Source: Tubiluchus corallicola
Taxonomy: Eukaryota; Animalia; Priapulida
NCBI GenBank assembly: GCA_030141605.1
Contig: JAQGDQ010000043.1
Coordinates: 868,001-932,000, forward strand
DNA: 64,000 nucleotides
Direction: 5' to 3'
Shown: positions 35,378 through 50,000 of the stretch, piece after piece
How positions within the stretch are numbered: the first letter of the stretch is position 1
Layout of the letters: every line of letters begins with the position of its first letter
The notes under the pieces: generated by a model
Told to the model about the DNA's origin: nothing
Databases searched by the model: none
What the model saw: only the letters and a program-made list of their open reading frames with translations
Position numbers and translations under genes: made by a program

Positions 35378-38300
35378 ATGGATGATGCAACAACAGGAAA
35401 TTCTTTACCTGTTGTAGTGGCTGAATTTCAGTCACTTGAGTTACTGCAGGAACCTATAAAAACTACATCAAGAATCAAGGTAAAACTAGACTAGCATTAA
35501 AGTTAACCATTTACATGTGGCATTCTGGTAGTGGTGGTGGTGGCAAAAGCGGCAGCATTGGTTATTGCTGTTGTTGTCGTCGTCGTTTTTCATCCCATTT
35601 TTTTGCATATAAGTCATGTAGATCAACCAAAATTTTTAGGTTAAAATTTTACTTTGACATTTTTGTTCTTATGTCAGTTTTGAATAAATTTTGTATCTAG
35701 CTAGAGTTTAGCTCTTGTCTTAGGTAGTAAGTTTAAAAAAGAATTGATGGCTCACTTGGATAATGCCATTTTTGACAATGGTTATGTGGATGTGTAGTTA
35801 CTTGTAAGTAAGCCTTGCTGATTCATATGTTATGGTAAATCATTCGCATTCATACCTTTTGCTGCCAGCTGCTGAAATGTTTTCATTATTTTAGTAGTAG
35901 AAGCACTAATTTCATGAATTCGTGTGCTATTATTCATGGTTTGAGTCATTCAGTTTAAAATATAGGAAATATTCCTTTCCATGTAATGTATATATTTGTA
36001 ATGTACCCCAATTAGGTGAATATAGAATAGCTCAAAGGCTATAAAGCACCATGCAAAATATACAAGACATCCTGTAGTGTAGCAATGAATCAGTGCATCT
36101 TTTTTATTGATTAATTGACATAGTTAGGAAGAAATTTGCTGGAGAGTATCTCAAATGATTGCTGTATTGTAAAGTTCTCATTGCTGTTTGTGTTTTTTTT
36201 TACAGTATACCTGTTTATCAGTTTCTGGTACTTATTTAGCTGTTGGTTCCACCAGTGGCGGCATCTATATTTTCCACCGAGAATCAACAAAATATCTTAC
36301 TCTTATCCCAAGTCAGGTAACTAGTTACTGTATTTGTCAGTTAATCTGGTCGGTATTTTTTGTAACACTAGTTTGTAAGAGCTGCAGTGAAGCACTTGTG
36401 GAAGAAGCCATTTCCATAAAGCAGGAAAGGAAAATCTGAATAGGATATATGCTTATAATCAGGTTATAATGCAGCATTTTTCTAATCACCCCATTACTAC
36501 GTTGAATCAAATGTAAAATTGTTTGCATGGTGTTGCTTAAATAGCTATTTATACAGCATTTGAATAAAGAAATCTTGTAAAAACTGTGTTTGTTACATAA
36601 CACACTGAGGTAACAATTGTAATTTATTTTTAACCATTTTTATTCACGTGAACATTTTTGTTCGGTGAATGCACTTTACTGTAAATGTCAACTTTTCTGG
36701 GAAGCTTATGTAGTTATGTGCTTCATTAAGAACTCACTAAAATTTAAATTGTTTTAAAATTTCTTTTCATTACTTATATGTCTGTTGTTACGTATTTTCA
36801 GGATATTAATCATATTTTAGGTTTTATAGTGATAATAATAAGCTGATAAGAGAATCTTGTTTTGTGTTTTTTGGCAGGTGGCCAAAATATAACTTTGCAT
36901 AAAAAGTTTTTAGCATTTCTTCATCAGTTTGAGAGCCGAATCATTTACGGCTGCTTCACATTTATAGCCTTGGGCATTTGAAACTCTCGACATTAATTGT
37001 TTGTGCATGACATTATGATTAAGAAGTATGCCTTGAATTATTTTAACATTAATTTTTAGGAAGGACCCATCGTGTTTGTGAAATTTTCTCCTCAGGAGCG
37101 TTACATTGCATTTGCTTCAAGGTGGGTGATGTTACACACATTTTACGTTGCTATTGTATGTTACATTCTATATTAAGCGGAAATTAAAAGCTTTTACTAT
37201 AGCTAAATAACTAAATAAGAATTTTGTATAAATTCGTCCAGTGGTGAGAAAAATTTTATTTAGCATTTTGGTTCTCTAATTGAAAGAAAGCACAACACAA
37301 AAAGATTTGGACGACAGGTGTTGCAGTGATTTTTTTAGTAGGAAATTGCAGTCTCAGAATGAAAATGAGCAAAGCTTTTTTTCATATTAGTACCAAGAAT
37401 CTGTTATAATAAAAATTTTGTTTTCGGGTTGCATGCCATTTACATTAGCTAAACTTTTCACTGTTCAAGTAATTAAATGTCTAATATGTGGAACATTTTA
37501 ATCTTTGCATTATGTGGCTTATTCTAGTGCACCAAATACTGAAATATTGGCATATTTCAATGCACATTGCATATCAAATTATACTCTGCAGATGTTTTAT
37601 AGCTGCGTGAACTCATTTCCAATGGTTTGTTGCAGTCGTGGTATAGTAGGCATACACGAATTTACTGCAGAGAAGCGTAGTGCTTCTCATCGGCTTATTT
37701 CTTCCACATCTGATCTTCTTGATGTGACGATTACTGCCATTTCCTGGGATTCTGAAGAAAATTGTGTTTTTATCGGAACTGATCTAGGCAGAGTGAGCTT
37801 GCTTAATGTACCTACATCTTTGGTATGTTTATTCAGTTTCGTGTTTGTGTAATTTATTACGAAACTTTGTTCAAGTGGTGTCTTTTTCAGAATTAGCTTT
37901 TTAGAATGACTAATAACTTATAATTTCTTATAATTTAATTAGCCTTGTCTTATTATTAATATTATTATTAAGTATATTATTTAAATTAAAACCAGCTTTC
38001 GGGTCACGTGTGACTTAAAATTAGTAGTACCTGTAGCAATGCGACACACTGTAACTGGACATTACACTACAGGCAGTAAGGCATAACTTGTCTTCTTCAG
38101 TACAGAATAAAAATATCTTTTTCGAATGTAGAGCATATTATTGCATTGCATTTAATTTGTCACTGAACAAATACCTGTCACATTAGCATTAAAATATGTT
38201 TTAATTTTTTAAATATGTTTTAAATTTAAAACTGTTTATAATTATAGACACGAGATTTGCTGACTGCCTCACATGAAACTGTTTTGAAGTTAGATTCTTC

Positions 38301-40977
38301 AATAGTTCAGATTGATTGTCTACATGAGAAGTTACTAGTTTCAACTCTTACTAGATGCTACTTGTCTGATACAGTTCAGTGAGTAGATTCCTTTTTTTCT
38401 GTAACCAATGAAAGACAGTTAATGTAAAATAGACAGTTGCAATATTGAAGTGATCTGACCCCGTGTCTTTCTTAATGGATTGGTACTGCTGCCACCTGCA
38501 GTGCATATCTATGTTTTTCTATTACACATGCAATTCTGGAGAAAATTACCAATTTTTAAAATACATTCTCTATACTATAATTTTTTGCAAAGATTAAAAA
38601 CTTTACATTTTTTCAATTTCATTTGTTTATTTTACTACTCAGTGCTGTTTATGATAATTTATTTATTGGCAACTAGTAAAATTGTTATGCTAAAATCAGT
38701 TAAGACATTTATGTTTGAAATGTGTGTTCTGTTGTTCTGTAGGAGATCATTTTGTGTCATTGGATCTAAATCACGGTCTGGTCGATATGGTTGCTGTTTC
38801 TTACGTTTGACTAATGATGAAACTCCGCCCATATACACAGCCCGACCAAGCTCTCGACTTTGGGAAGTGGATTATGAAGGCAGTGTTGTCAATACTCATC
38901 TATTCAAACAACTGCTAGCTCAGCCACCAGCGACTTTTGTCAGCAGTCTGTAAGTGTTTTCATGTAGTTGATGTCCACTAGTAATCCACGGCAATTTGCT
39001 CACGACATCTCACATTGTGTCTGTACTTAGGAATGAAGTATGTAAAGTTGTTATGCTTTAAAGGAAGAATAAAGCCACTCAGTAAGTTGTAGTTTATTTA
39101 ACGCTTTCACCAAAAATTTGAAAAAGCAGCAGCTATTTACCTTAAAAATAACTCCGTTGCTAAGAAATCACCCGACAGACTTTCAAGTACGACTTTTTCA
39201 ATATTAAATGTTCATCATCAAATGTGCCATGGCAGGTAGAGTATGTAAACTACGACACAGTAAGTTGTCAACATAGCAACATGTTCGGTTGTACTATTAC
39301 TAGCAGACTACCGGTACGTAATATTTTTAGCATTGTCATTTTAACATTTTTTACTGTGCCCTTTCTCAAAACTTCTTAGGCGGGAAACTTCATGGTATTG
39401 TAACATTTAACATTTTGTTTAAATTTTTCAAGTTACAGGTTTATACTCGTAATTGTGCAACAAGTAACTGTTTAGATATATTGGTTAATTGTTTTCTTAG
39501 ACTTAGAGGTTCCACTTAATCTACTTGCATTTTTCCTAATGGTAATACATCGAAAAACATTTTAGTTATCTGATTACCTCTTTTACCTGCCAGCCTTTAG
39601 CCTGATCGTTATCACTATTCTATGCTGCAGTCACTAATCTGCCATTTTGGCTGAAACCGAATACCATTTACACCAAGAGACTTGAGCTGAACAATCTTTT
39701 CCTTGTCAGACTCAGAAGTTGAGCCCGTGCTTCACCGTCACACATGCTACATGCGTGTACTTTATGAATATTAAATCAAGATGCAGTTATTTAAAGGAAG
39801 ACAGGATGATTTTAATATACTACCCCATTTTTAAGTCCAATAAAAAGTATACATTTTAATACAATTAGTACTGCAAAAGCGTTTCTGATAATTAAATAAT
39901 AGATTAAATACTTAATTAATGGCGGGCGAGCCCAACTGTTGATGACATCACAAACTAACATAATTTTCAACAGCAGAAATATTCCGCGAAAATTGAAGCA
40001 CAGTGTTATTGTACAACATTCTGTATGTTGTACTAAAACTAGGCAAGTTTTAAGATAAAAATTCAAATTTCAAATTTGCAGCTGTGCTCATGCATGAGCT
40101 GTCGAACGTGTGTAGTTTCTCGCAAACTAACATCTGAACATGAAATTGTGTTTGTGTGATAATAATTCTTTCACGTAAGTCATTTTTGAAAAATAGTATG
40201 TTTCCTTTCAATATTTTAAAGAGTAGATTGTTTTGACCTACAGCTTAAGATTGGGTTCGCTTTTGCTTTAAGGTTCGACTTTGTAACAGTGCTTCAGTTG
40301 CAACAGCAAAATTAAATTACCAGCATACATATTGCATCGCGCGTTCAGGCTACGACAACAGTATCATATGCTGTATGTAGTGACTCGCTACAGTGTGAAG
40401 TGTTCTGCCATTGAATTGGCTTGGCTACGCACGATGTAATTTTCGAATCGAGCTTCGCATCGGATGAACTACTGTTTGTGTTATTATAAAATGACTTTAG
40501 GATGCATATTTTGCATATATTTATATTTTTATATTTTCTTGTAAGTTTTAAGGATGACTTTTAAATAAACACAACTTGCCAGGTGCCTTTATTTTCACTT
40601 TAAGGTTAAAGCCATTTCATTTAGAGTGTGGCTAGGTGCAGTTAAATGTGTTGACATATTGTTGTCAAGATTTTGACCACAAGGAGCTGTGTGATCTATT
40701 GGTCATAGTTTTGGACTTGTAATCCAATTATTGTCGTGCCATATCCAAATTTTTTAGTTTTTCCTTTTAAGTGCAGGTTGATTAAAAAATTTGATAATTT
40801 CAGTGCAATTTAAATCATTTTATATGGCATAAACCACAAAGTGATCTTGAAAAATGTTTGTTAAGTCATTACTACAACAATAATAAACTACTTTGGTGAC
40901 TTGAAATATGAATGTATGTAAGGCAACTAGTGTTAGACATTAGTAATATAAGTTGTTAGTAAAAAAATCCATTAATA

Positions 40978-41018
<41 letters not shown>

Positions 41019-44000
41019 AATAATAATAAATTTATGTTATAAAGCACATTCTTCAAGCAAAAAACACAGCACGTACAGTAAAATGTCACAACTACAATTA
41101 TGCATTTGAGAAAATACAACACAATAAGAATTATTTAAAATTTACATCTACATTAGTATATAATGGAGATAAGTAAACAGCAGTTATAGGAAAGGTAACA
41201 ATAGGTATTGATTGTTTATCCTATCATTATTTGTAAATCTAAGTATAGAGTATAACTAAGTAACTATTTGGCATAATCATTTGCAGTAGACAAGTGTTAT
41301 TATTATTGAAATTATATAAAGTACTATGGATCATAAGAACTTAGTGGTAGCTATTATAACTTGTTTATGAGATGATTGTGTCAAAAAGAATTTGATTAAT
41401 TAGTCATAAATTACCACAGAAGTTACCACATTGGACACTTTTAGTGTAGATGTGAACACTAAGTGATTAGCAAGATAAATTCTTTACAGCTTTTGTGACT
41501 TTTTATTCTTAGTACGGAATTTGACATTGAAAAGAAAGTACTCAGGTGCCTTTTACTGCTAATGTATAAAAAATTTTAGTTGGAATCCTGGCTTTGGAGA
41601 TGTATAAGCAATATTTTATTGTTTATGTTGTTAATATTCTGATTTTGCTGTTATGTAATTTTACTTATCTCTGCATTATATATTGTAGTCAGAAAACTAT
41701 TTGTCTTCCGGAGGAAAAGTCCTACTCTGCACAATCCCTTGCTTTCAAACAGTTGCTACAGCTTGGATGTAGATATCTGTTTTCATGGCAAACAGATGCT
41801 ATTTACGTATTTGATCCCATCGCTGTTAAAGCCGTGTTATGGTGTGATAAAATTATAGGTAATTGTTTAAGTGCCTTACACATATAGGTTACTTTTGTTA
41901 TGCAAAACTTGTGATAAATGTAATTCTGTTTGCCAACTTCATGTGGCTACTTAATGCTTTAATGTTTTTTCAATGAACAATGGAAATATTTTGTTCATTG
42001 TTCACCTTTACTCAGATGACCTGCCTGGATAATTCCATTCAATTAGTAAGCGTGCACAATGTGGAAATTTTATGGCAAAAGTATTACTGTATTAGTAAAA
42101 TTTTGTGTTGAATAAATCAAATGCCATAAACCTGCTTTGTCGTAAAACCTGCCCAAATATTAAATAAAAACAATGTCACATCGAATAATCCAGGATGCAG
42201 ATCCTAACAAAACTATCTTTAGTATTATTACTGTAGTTCTGCTGTACATTTTGCCACATCTAACCACATTCGAGCATTGAAGAGTTACAACTGAAATATC
42301 AATTTTGGTTAGGTAGTAGTAGTAGTAGCAGCAACAGCAGTAGTGTAGTACTGTGTGGTATGGATACTTTGTATGGCCTTACCAAGTCTATGTTGTTTTT
42401 ATTATTAAAACTAATCTTCCAAAATGATGTAATTAAAATAATTTCTGTTCTTATATTATTTTTGTAGATATTGCAGATGTACAGTCAGTAAAAAATGATC
42501 TTTATGTTTTGCATTCTGATGGGAAGTTATCAAGACTATGTGTTCAGTCTCTGCACAAGTGTATCATCACCCTGTGCCAGCAACACTGCTGGAAAATAGC
42601 TGCCAAGTTGTGCCTACACTATGAGATGCAGCTTATACCAGCTTCTGTACGACATTTAGTAACTATTGATTTGATTTCTCAAATAAAGCTCAATCTACAA
42701 GAGCAGGAGCAGTGCGATGTGTCAGAGCGTTTGCAAATTATGCTGAGTCGTTTGGAAGGCAGTGATCCGCCAACATTACCTTCTCCTACTCCTAGTAATC
42801 GCAGTAGTTCCTGCTCGGACAGTGCTTTGCGATTGGATTCTGGTATTTATGTGGTTAATGCTTCTGCTAATGAAGCGTCAACTAGTAATAGTCAGCGAGC
42901 TTCTCCTTGGATGAGTCCAGAGCACCGATGTGCAGAACAGGGCAAAGCAGCAAACTATTCGTCACTTAGCAGCATTGCAAAAAAGCTGCAAAGATTTTCT
43001 CCAAGTACTTTTATGTCTGGTGATAAGATACACAAGCCAGTGCCAAATACATCTGTGATAAGTAATGATTCCACATCTTTAACTCCCATATATGACATTT
43101 CTGAAAGAACAAAATTAGAGCCATGTACTTCAAACACGGAAAGCAGTGGACATTCCAGCATTGCTCGTGATGGCAGTGCTTTTGTTCGGCAGAACCTCGT
43201 GTTGGCAAGGACTGCTATTCAGGACTTTCAAAACTCCTCCCTATTACGCTCAAATTCAGCTGACACTTTGCAGTCTATCAACAAGCGAGCTCCTGATGAT
43301 CGTAATAATAACCAAAGCAGCAAATGTGATGAACAAATGATGATACAAGGATTTGAAAATCCAAACTTATCACGAAATTTCTCAGAATGCTTTGCCGTGA
43401 CTGTACCTGTTCAGACGTTGCATGATTTATCGGTCAGTCTAACCATGCACAATTACAAAAGCATTCAAAGTGAAAGTACAAGAGAACCTATTGATAGCAG
43501 CGACGTCTTTTTTTCGTCACATTCTCAGCATTCTGCTTCTCGGCCACATCTTGAACGACAGGTAACATTCGTCTATCTTTTAATTTATTTGTTACTTGCA
43601 TCAGTTAGTTATTTTAAAGTTTGTAGAGATGCCATAGTGTATATGAATGTCTGCTTATGTGTGTAACCAGTAATCCTTAGTCTCACACGCAATAAACAAC
43701 ACTAGTGTTATGTGCAACTAGATGTGTATACTCTATTTGTTTAATTTCTCACTTTTTGTTTTTAAAATGCTCTGTACAATTTTTAATGCTTCAATGAAAC
43801 CAGATTTTTGTTTGTATGATGCCGAGGTGAATAGCCAAGTGGTCATAGTATGTCTTTTGAAACTATTTTAACCCTTTCACTACGTTGTTGCTTTTTCACT
43901 GGGCCACATTGACTTTTGCACATTTGACAATAACTTCTTGTGGTGTGTTACTAAAGCAAAATCTTGTAAATAAACAAATAGTTGTTTGTTATTGAGTACT

Positions 44001-47000
44001 AATATTAAATATTAGTTTTATTTCTACACTTGTACACACATGCCAGCACCCATACATGCATTCGTACACATGTGCACACCCTCATAAATAAGTATGTACT
44101 TGTATTTAGAAACCAGTTTTCACAAAAGACACATTACTAATCCATAATATGCAATCATTTTATGAGAATGCAGAACAATCAATGAAACATACGTTTCATC
44201 AACGATCTTCATGTGATTTTGCGTGGGAACATACCATACAGTGCAGTATTGTGGAATACACCTGGCTTTAGATGCTGATTGGCTGGATAGCGTTACTTAT
44301 TGCAAAGCAACCCCAATCCCACGGCTGTTAAACTTTTCTACAATGTTCTTGCATGGCCGTAGCAGTGAAATAAACAGACCTGGTTGACTGCACTTAGTGC
44401 TGAGCTTGGGCGGCAGTCTACCGCCTTCCGTCCCTTGCATGAAAAACATAAGCGGCAGTGTGCTGCCTTCTGTTGTGAAAAGGTTAAGGTTGGTCAGTGA
44501 GTGGATGAGCGATTGCTGATTGGTCTGATAGTTTTATTCACTTTGCTGATTCTGACTATCTATCTATTCACATCTGAATGAAGCCTCCATAATCAGTAAT
44601 GTTCCAGTCCTACCATAAGTATTTACATTAAGTAGGCCCTGCATTCAATGAGTGCAGTTTCTAGTGCTAAACTGTAGAAAACATGTTTTCTTTGTTCTTT
44701 CATGGTTGCCTACGTTATTCTTGCTGCCAGCAGTTTTTCTTCATTTAGGACGGCATTAACAGACGTGGGTCAGTATCTAGCATGTCTAGCAGTGAGCTGC
44801 CTGGGAAAGTCTTTTCATCGGATCCCATTGTATATTCTAGTATTGTTACTCGCAAGGCAAAACAAAAAAAGAAGAGCAGTTCAGATAGTAAGTGATTGTT
44901 TTTTTTTCTATTTTTGTAAAAGTGCCAAATATATGGCTCAATAGATTATTGATACATCAATACAATACAATATTACATTATATATTACGGCGAATTAGAT
45001 AATAATAGATGAGAACATAAAAGAACATATTAGCTTCATCCTTTGCATTCAGTGATGGGATTAAATGAGACATTTACTTTTGTACTCTCTTTTTTTATTG
45101 AACAATGATTCCATACATAAAAATTATGTGTGATTTACCTTGTAAGTTCTTACAAAAGTTTTTTATACTATTACCCTCTTTTGCGGTTTATTGAATAGAA
45201 TGTGCCTAGTGGTTGATTTAGTATTTCTTGATCAATTCTTTTGCAGATTTTTTAGTTACATTTTTATTTCGTTTTTGAATTAGAATCTGAGAGTCAAAGA
45301 CAGTCCAGTTCAAGGTCACCTTCTCTGAGTTCTCAAGATTCTGGTAAAGGTTTTTCAGTTAGTCCTGCATCTGGTTCTCCACATACTAGTCAGTCTATGT
45401 CTAATCAAAGGTATTTGCCTTGTGTGTAATCACTTGGTGAATGTTTATTGTTAAATTAAAGGAAAACAGTACTGAATTTAATCCGTAGCTAAAATGATCT
45501 GTGGTATAAATTTTTGAAAAGGAAAACGTTTTTTTATAAATGATTTTAATTTCGTTAAATTAATCTACCAAATCACTGAATCCCCAATCTACCAAACAAA
45601 TGGGGAATAAGAATTAGAATGCTTGCATTTTCTTGTTTTATTTTCATTATCTCACATTAATTGTAGAAACTTAAAAAATGTGCAACTTTTAAAGCTGCCT
45701 AAACAGTTTTTTGTCGCTGGCTTAAGTCAAGTTTTTTGTCAAGTATTCAACATGAATTGAATTTCTATAAATTTGCCAAGTAATGCTTTTATAATTGTTG
45801 AATTTCTACAAAACTAATTTTAATTAGCATAACTTGGTAAACTTAACATTGTTACCATGTTTCTGACATTTGAACAGACGAAAAATTTTAAAGTCATTGC
45901 AACAGACTAGGCTTGGATTACTACCAGGACGACATTAACAGAAGCATTCATGGTGTGTCATGAATTATGTAGCGATGTCCAAAGTACTTCTGTTAGCGTT
46001 AAGATATGATAATTCTTTGCATTGTACAAGCCTCTGTGAGTTGGCCTATTTTGTTTTGTCGCGATATTTAATAGTTCATAAATGTACAATAATGAAAACA
46101 AAGTGAGAATGTTTGTGCCTTTTTTAGTGAACCGATTGCTTTTCCGGCAAATTCCAATGTGGAAACGCACTCAGAGGAAAATGGTGCTGATACAATTACA
46201 GATTTTTTGAAGATGTCTGAAAGAATGTTGTGTAAATTAACTGAGGAGGTGCTGATATTCTCTCCAGTCGAAAGCAGGAAAATGTTAGTGGACTGGGTTA
46301 ACGCATGTCACGATAGTTTAGCAAGTGCTGTTTACAAAGAGCAACAAGTTCTTCCATTTGCAGCAGAACAGATACGCAAGTCTGATTTACCGATGTTGTT
46401 ACAGCTTTTAGACTGTAGGGATGAGTCATATGTATCTGATACATTGACAGAGAATGATTCGTCTGTTAATACGGATGTAGGAGACAATGCCATTCTTTCT
46501 GCTTCAGAACATTCTGTTAACAGAACAAAGCTCCTGCATGAAAATAGAACTGTTGCAGATGCACATAGTGATAGTAACGTATTAGCAATGTTATTTGCTC
46601 TTAAATACTTGGTGAAGAAGTCAGGTATACAATGCACTTTTCTCAGAAGTAGCATTAATGAGAAATATAGAACTGTGGTAAAAGATTTGCTAACCCTATG
46701 TTATGAATTTCAAGTTTATGGTGATACTAAGTGCCTTTTACAAAAGACGTTTTTAGCATCTGATAACCCAACAGCTGAATATTGTGAAAATGTTTGCGCA
46801 TTGGAAGATGAACTGGTACAAGATGTCTGTGCATCTGTTTTTCTCTTATTCTATCAGTTTTGTATGGACAATACTCGTATTGCGAATGTCTTTCACCTCT
46901 CAATACAGCATAATTATTTGTCATTCTGCACATTTTTGGACAACGTTAATGATTGTTATGAACAAATTCCAATTTCTTTAGAAGCTGTGTCTGACCAAAT

Positions 47001-50000
47001 TACTGCGTGGATATTTTTTCATAGGTATGTAGCCATAAATTAGCATTTAAATTTAAATTTGCCTTTTCCCAGGAACATCAAACTTTTGTGCAGTTTCACT
47101 GCTTTCTAAAGAAACTTTGTTAAAACTTGCATTACACTGTCACCAGCATCAAACTTTTTCTTCTGTAAAGTTTTCTAATAATGAATTCTAATTTCGACTT
47201 TAGTATTTTCAATATGGTTTTTTCAGTATGCTAAAAATAACAACTACTTTGTGTCATTGACAGCACCTGCTTAGTTTATATACTTAAACTTAAAAGCTAG
47301 TGTAAAATAAATTTATTTATTTCACTTCTGGTGTACTTTTAATGGTAAGCCTAGTTCTTATGCAATCAACTGTTTTGTGTATCTGATTGTTTTGGGTAGA
47401 AGAAACAATGGAGTTATTTATATGTCTTTTTATATACATGAATTTATTCAAGCAAGGTATTGAACTCTTTATTATCTACAGAATAAAATCCGAAACCTGT
47501 TTTTGATTAGCTTTTGCAAAAAATAAAATTAAGGGAAGTTAAATAATTTGTATCGTATTTAACTTTAAATAAGCGTGAATGTTTAAATGTTGTGAATATT
47601 TTGTATTGTATACACATGATGTTTGTGACATTTTAGAAGTTTAAATGATGTCTTTCTCTGTGTTTTAGATTGCTAGAAGGTGGTAGCACTGAACTGACAC
47701 CTTCAATAATCCAAACACTATCAAGCAGCCACTGGTCATTTCTCTCCATTTGTCGTAAGACTGGACAGTATCCTGCTGTTTATAAGCAATATCTAGACCT
47801 GTGCCATGAAATGACTGATAATTTTCTCAGGTATGTAAGTTAGTTTTAATTTTAAGTGTTTTTTGTAGCGAAAAAGTGTATTATAAGTTGAGTTGTCCTC
47901 TGTTTACAATGGATGAATTTCATAACGATTGGTATAAATAATAAAGTCAATTTTGTGTTGCTATCTGCTAGTCACATAAACATTTAACACAATCTTCTGG
48001 AAATATTTCCAAAAACAGTTCTAAACTAGAAGAATTTTGATCGAATTAGAAGCAGAAATTATCAAGCTGATTATTTAGCTATTATATCTCTGTGTTTATT
48101 CTTGACTGTATAAAAAGAATTCTCTTTCTATACTAATATTAAATAAGTATTAGCAAAATCAGAAGACCCCAGTTCACAATTAAGTTCAGAGATAAAGCAA
48201 ATATCATTGCCCACAAATTGCAGGCGAGAAAAACTGTAGCTGAGTGTTGCCTGAGTTAGCAATTTTCTTCTGATAAATCTCCTAATAATTATGCATTAGG
48301 TCACCAAGAAAGAAATAACTACAAATTCTCCCAAATTTCCTGAACAATACACAAATTTCGAGTACTGATTAAAATTGGAAAACATTTGTAAATGCTCGAT
48401 GTGCTCTTGTTTTCCACTTGCTTTTAGCAGTGCAATGCTTAACAGATGGAGCTTATATGCTCAATTGTTACACTGATTTTTTTACTTTCTAGGGATTCTG
48501 TTTTCAAGTCTGTGTGCAGGGATAGTCGCTTGCACGATTACTTTCTCGACACTATGCTTTCCTCTTTCACAGTAGCAGCTACCTGTACTTGTGGTATGCC
48601 TCTCCCTACGGCTGATATAAGCTTGTCTTGGCATAATATTAACTTACTCTTAGATATTCTGGACATGACTGTGCACTGCAGTTATTGGTTGGAACGATGT
48701 TGGATGACTGGGTAAGACCGTACATGTACCGAATATCCAGAATAGCATTAATATTTGCATTTAATTAGCCAAGCATTTACTGTTTTAAAACCTCTGGTAG
48801 TTTATTTTATATACAGTATAACATCATTATAGTAAATCTATTAGGAACCCAGAAGAAATAAGTAGTCTATAACCGAGGTACTCTGTAAGAAGATATGGCT
48901 GATAATATGTGTATGACTGCTATATGGACAAGCATATATTAATAATAACAGTGTATACATAATATACAATGTACGACTTCATCGAGGATGTAAATTTACG
49001 TGGCATATGCTTAGTAAAGTCAATGAGATTTAAAAAAGTCAGTCAATTTTGTTTTCACAAACTTTCTATTTGTCCTTTGTATGAAAAGTTTTTGCTATAG
49101 CATTCTACACTTAATGAAACAGGAGTGAGTTGCCAGTATACATATGTAAAACAGCTGGGTGCCAAGCTGCTTCATAAATGACTCATCGTTTTTATACAGT
49201 AGTAGATAAAATGATTCATTCAAGACGATATGTTAGCTCCGCACACTGGACTGCTCAACAATTTTTTTGCAGTACCAGAAATGATGAGTTAAATTTAGCT
49301 GTAAATTAATTTGCAATGCTGGCAAAGGTAATGTACGTGATAAAACTTATGAATACATAGTAATACAGGCAATGGTGCCCGATGAAAAGTCCACAGTATG
49401 CAATAACAAAGTGCACTGCATTCAAAGCTACTACATTACTTAAATGAATGATGAAAGATCGTTCATTTTTGTGAGTTCGCATTACCGGTGTGTACACAAT
49501 ATTGAACTTGTGTTCGCTATAATAATGGTGTTATACTGTAATTTTTTTTGCTTTATTGAAGTTCTCTCAAATCTCTGATGAGTGTTGAGCTGCAAGTAAA
49601 GCATCAGAGGTTTATTTCACATGCTGTATATACTGCATTTTGCAATCTCCGTTCTAAATTATTTGGGTCTGCTTTAAAGCTATTTAGCGAAAGTTTATAG
49701 AGTATGCACGTAGCAAGTCTAACTTATATATAATGTAGAGCAGTGTTTCATAACCCTTTTTGAGCCATGGCACATATTTTACGTTAGAAAAATCACAAGG
49801 CACACCACCAAACAAAAATGTCACAAAAAGTATAATGAAATATAATGAAAATTTAGTCTTAATTTACTTACTCAATGTGAAACCTGGGCCTGTTTAGTTA
49901 AACACAAAGACAGACACGAAGATCTTCCTCAACAGCTCTGAGTCTCTCTCTTTTATAGTAGTCATGCTTGAAAAGCCCAGCTCACATAGATAGGTTGTGG

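Noticed and set aside
45878-45940. Extra HPS5 exon
   Set aside because: Stops in all frames with no usable donor; 45410 splices in frame to 46128.
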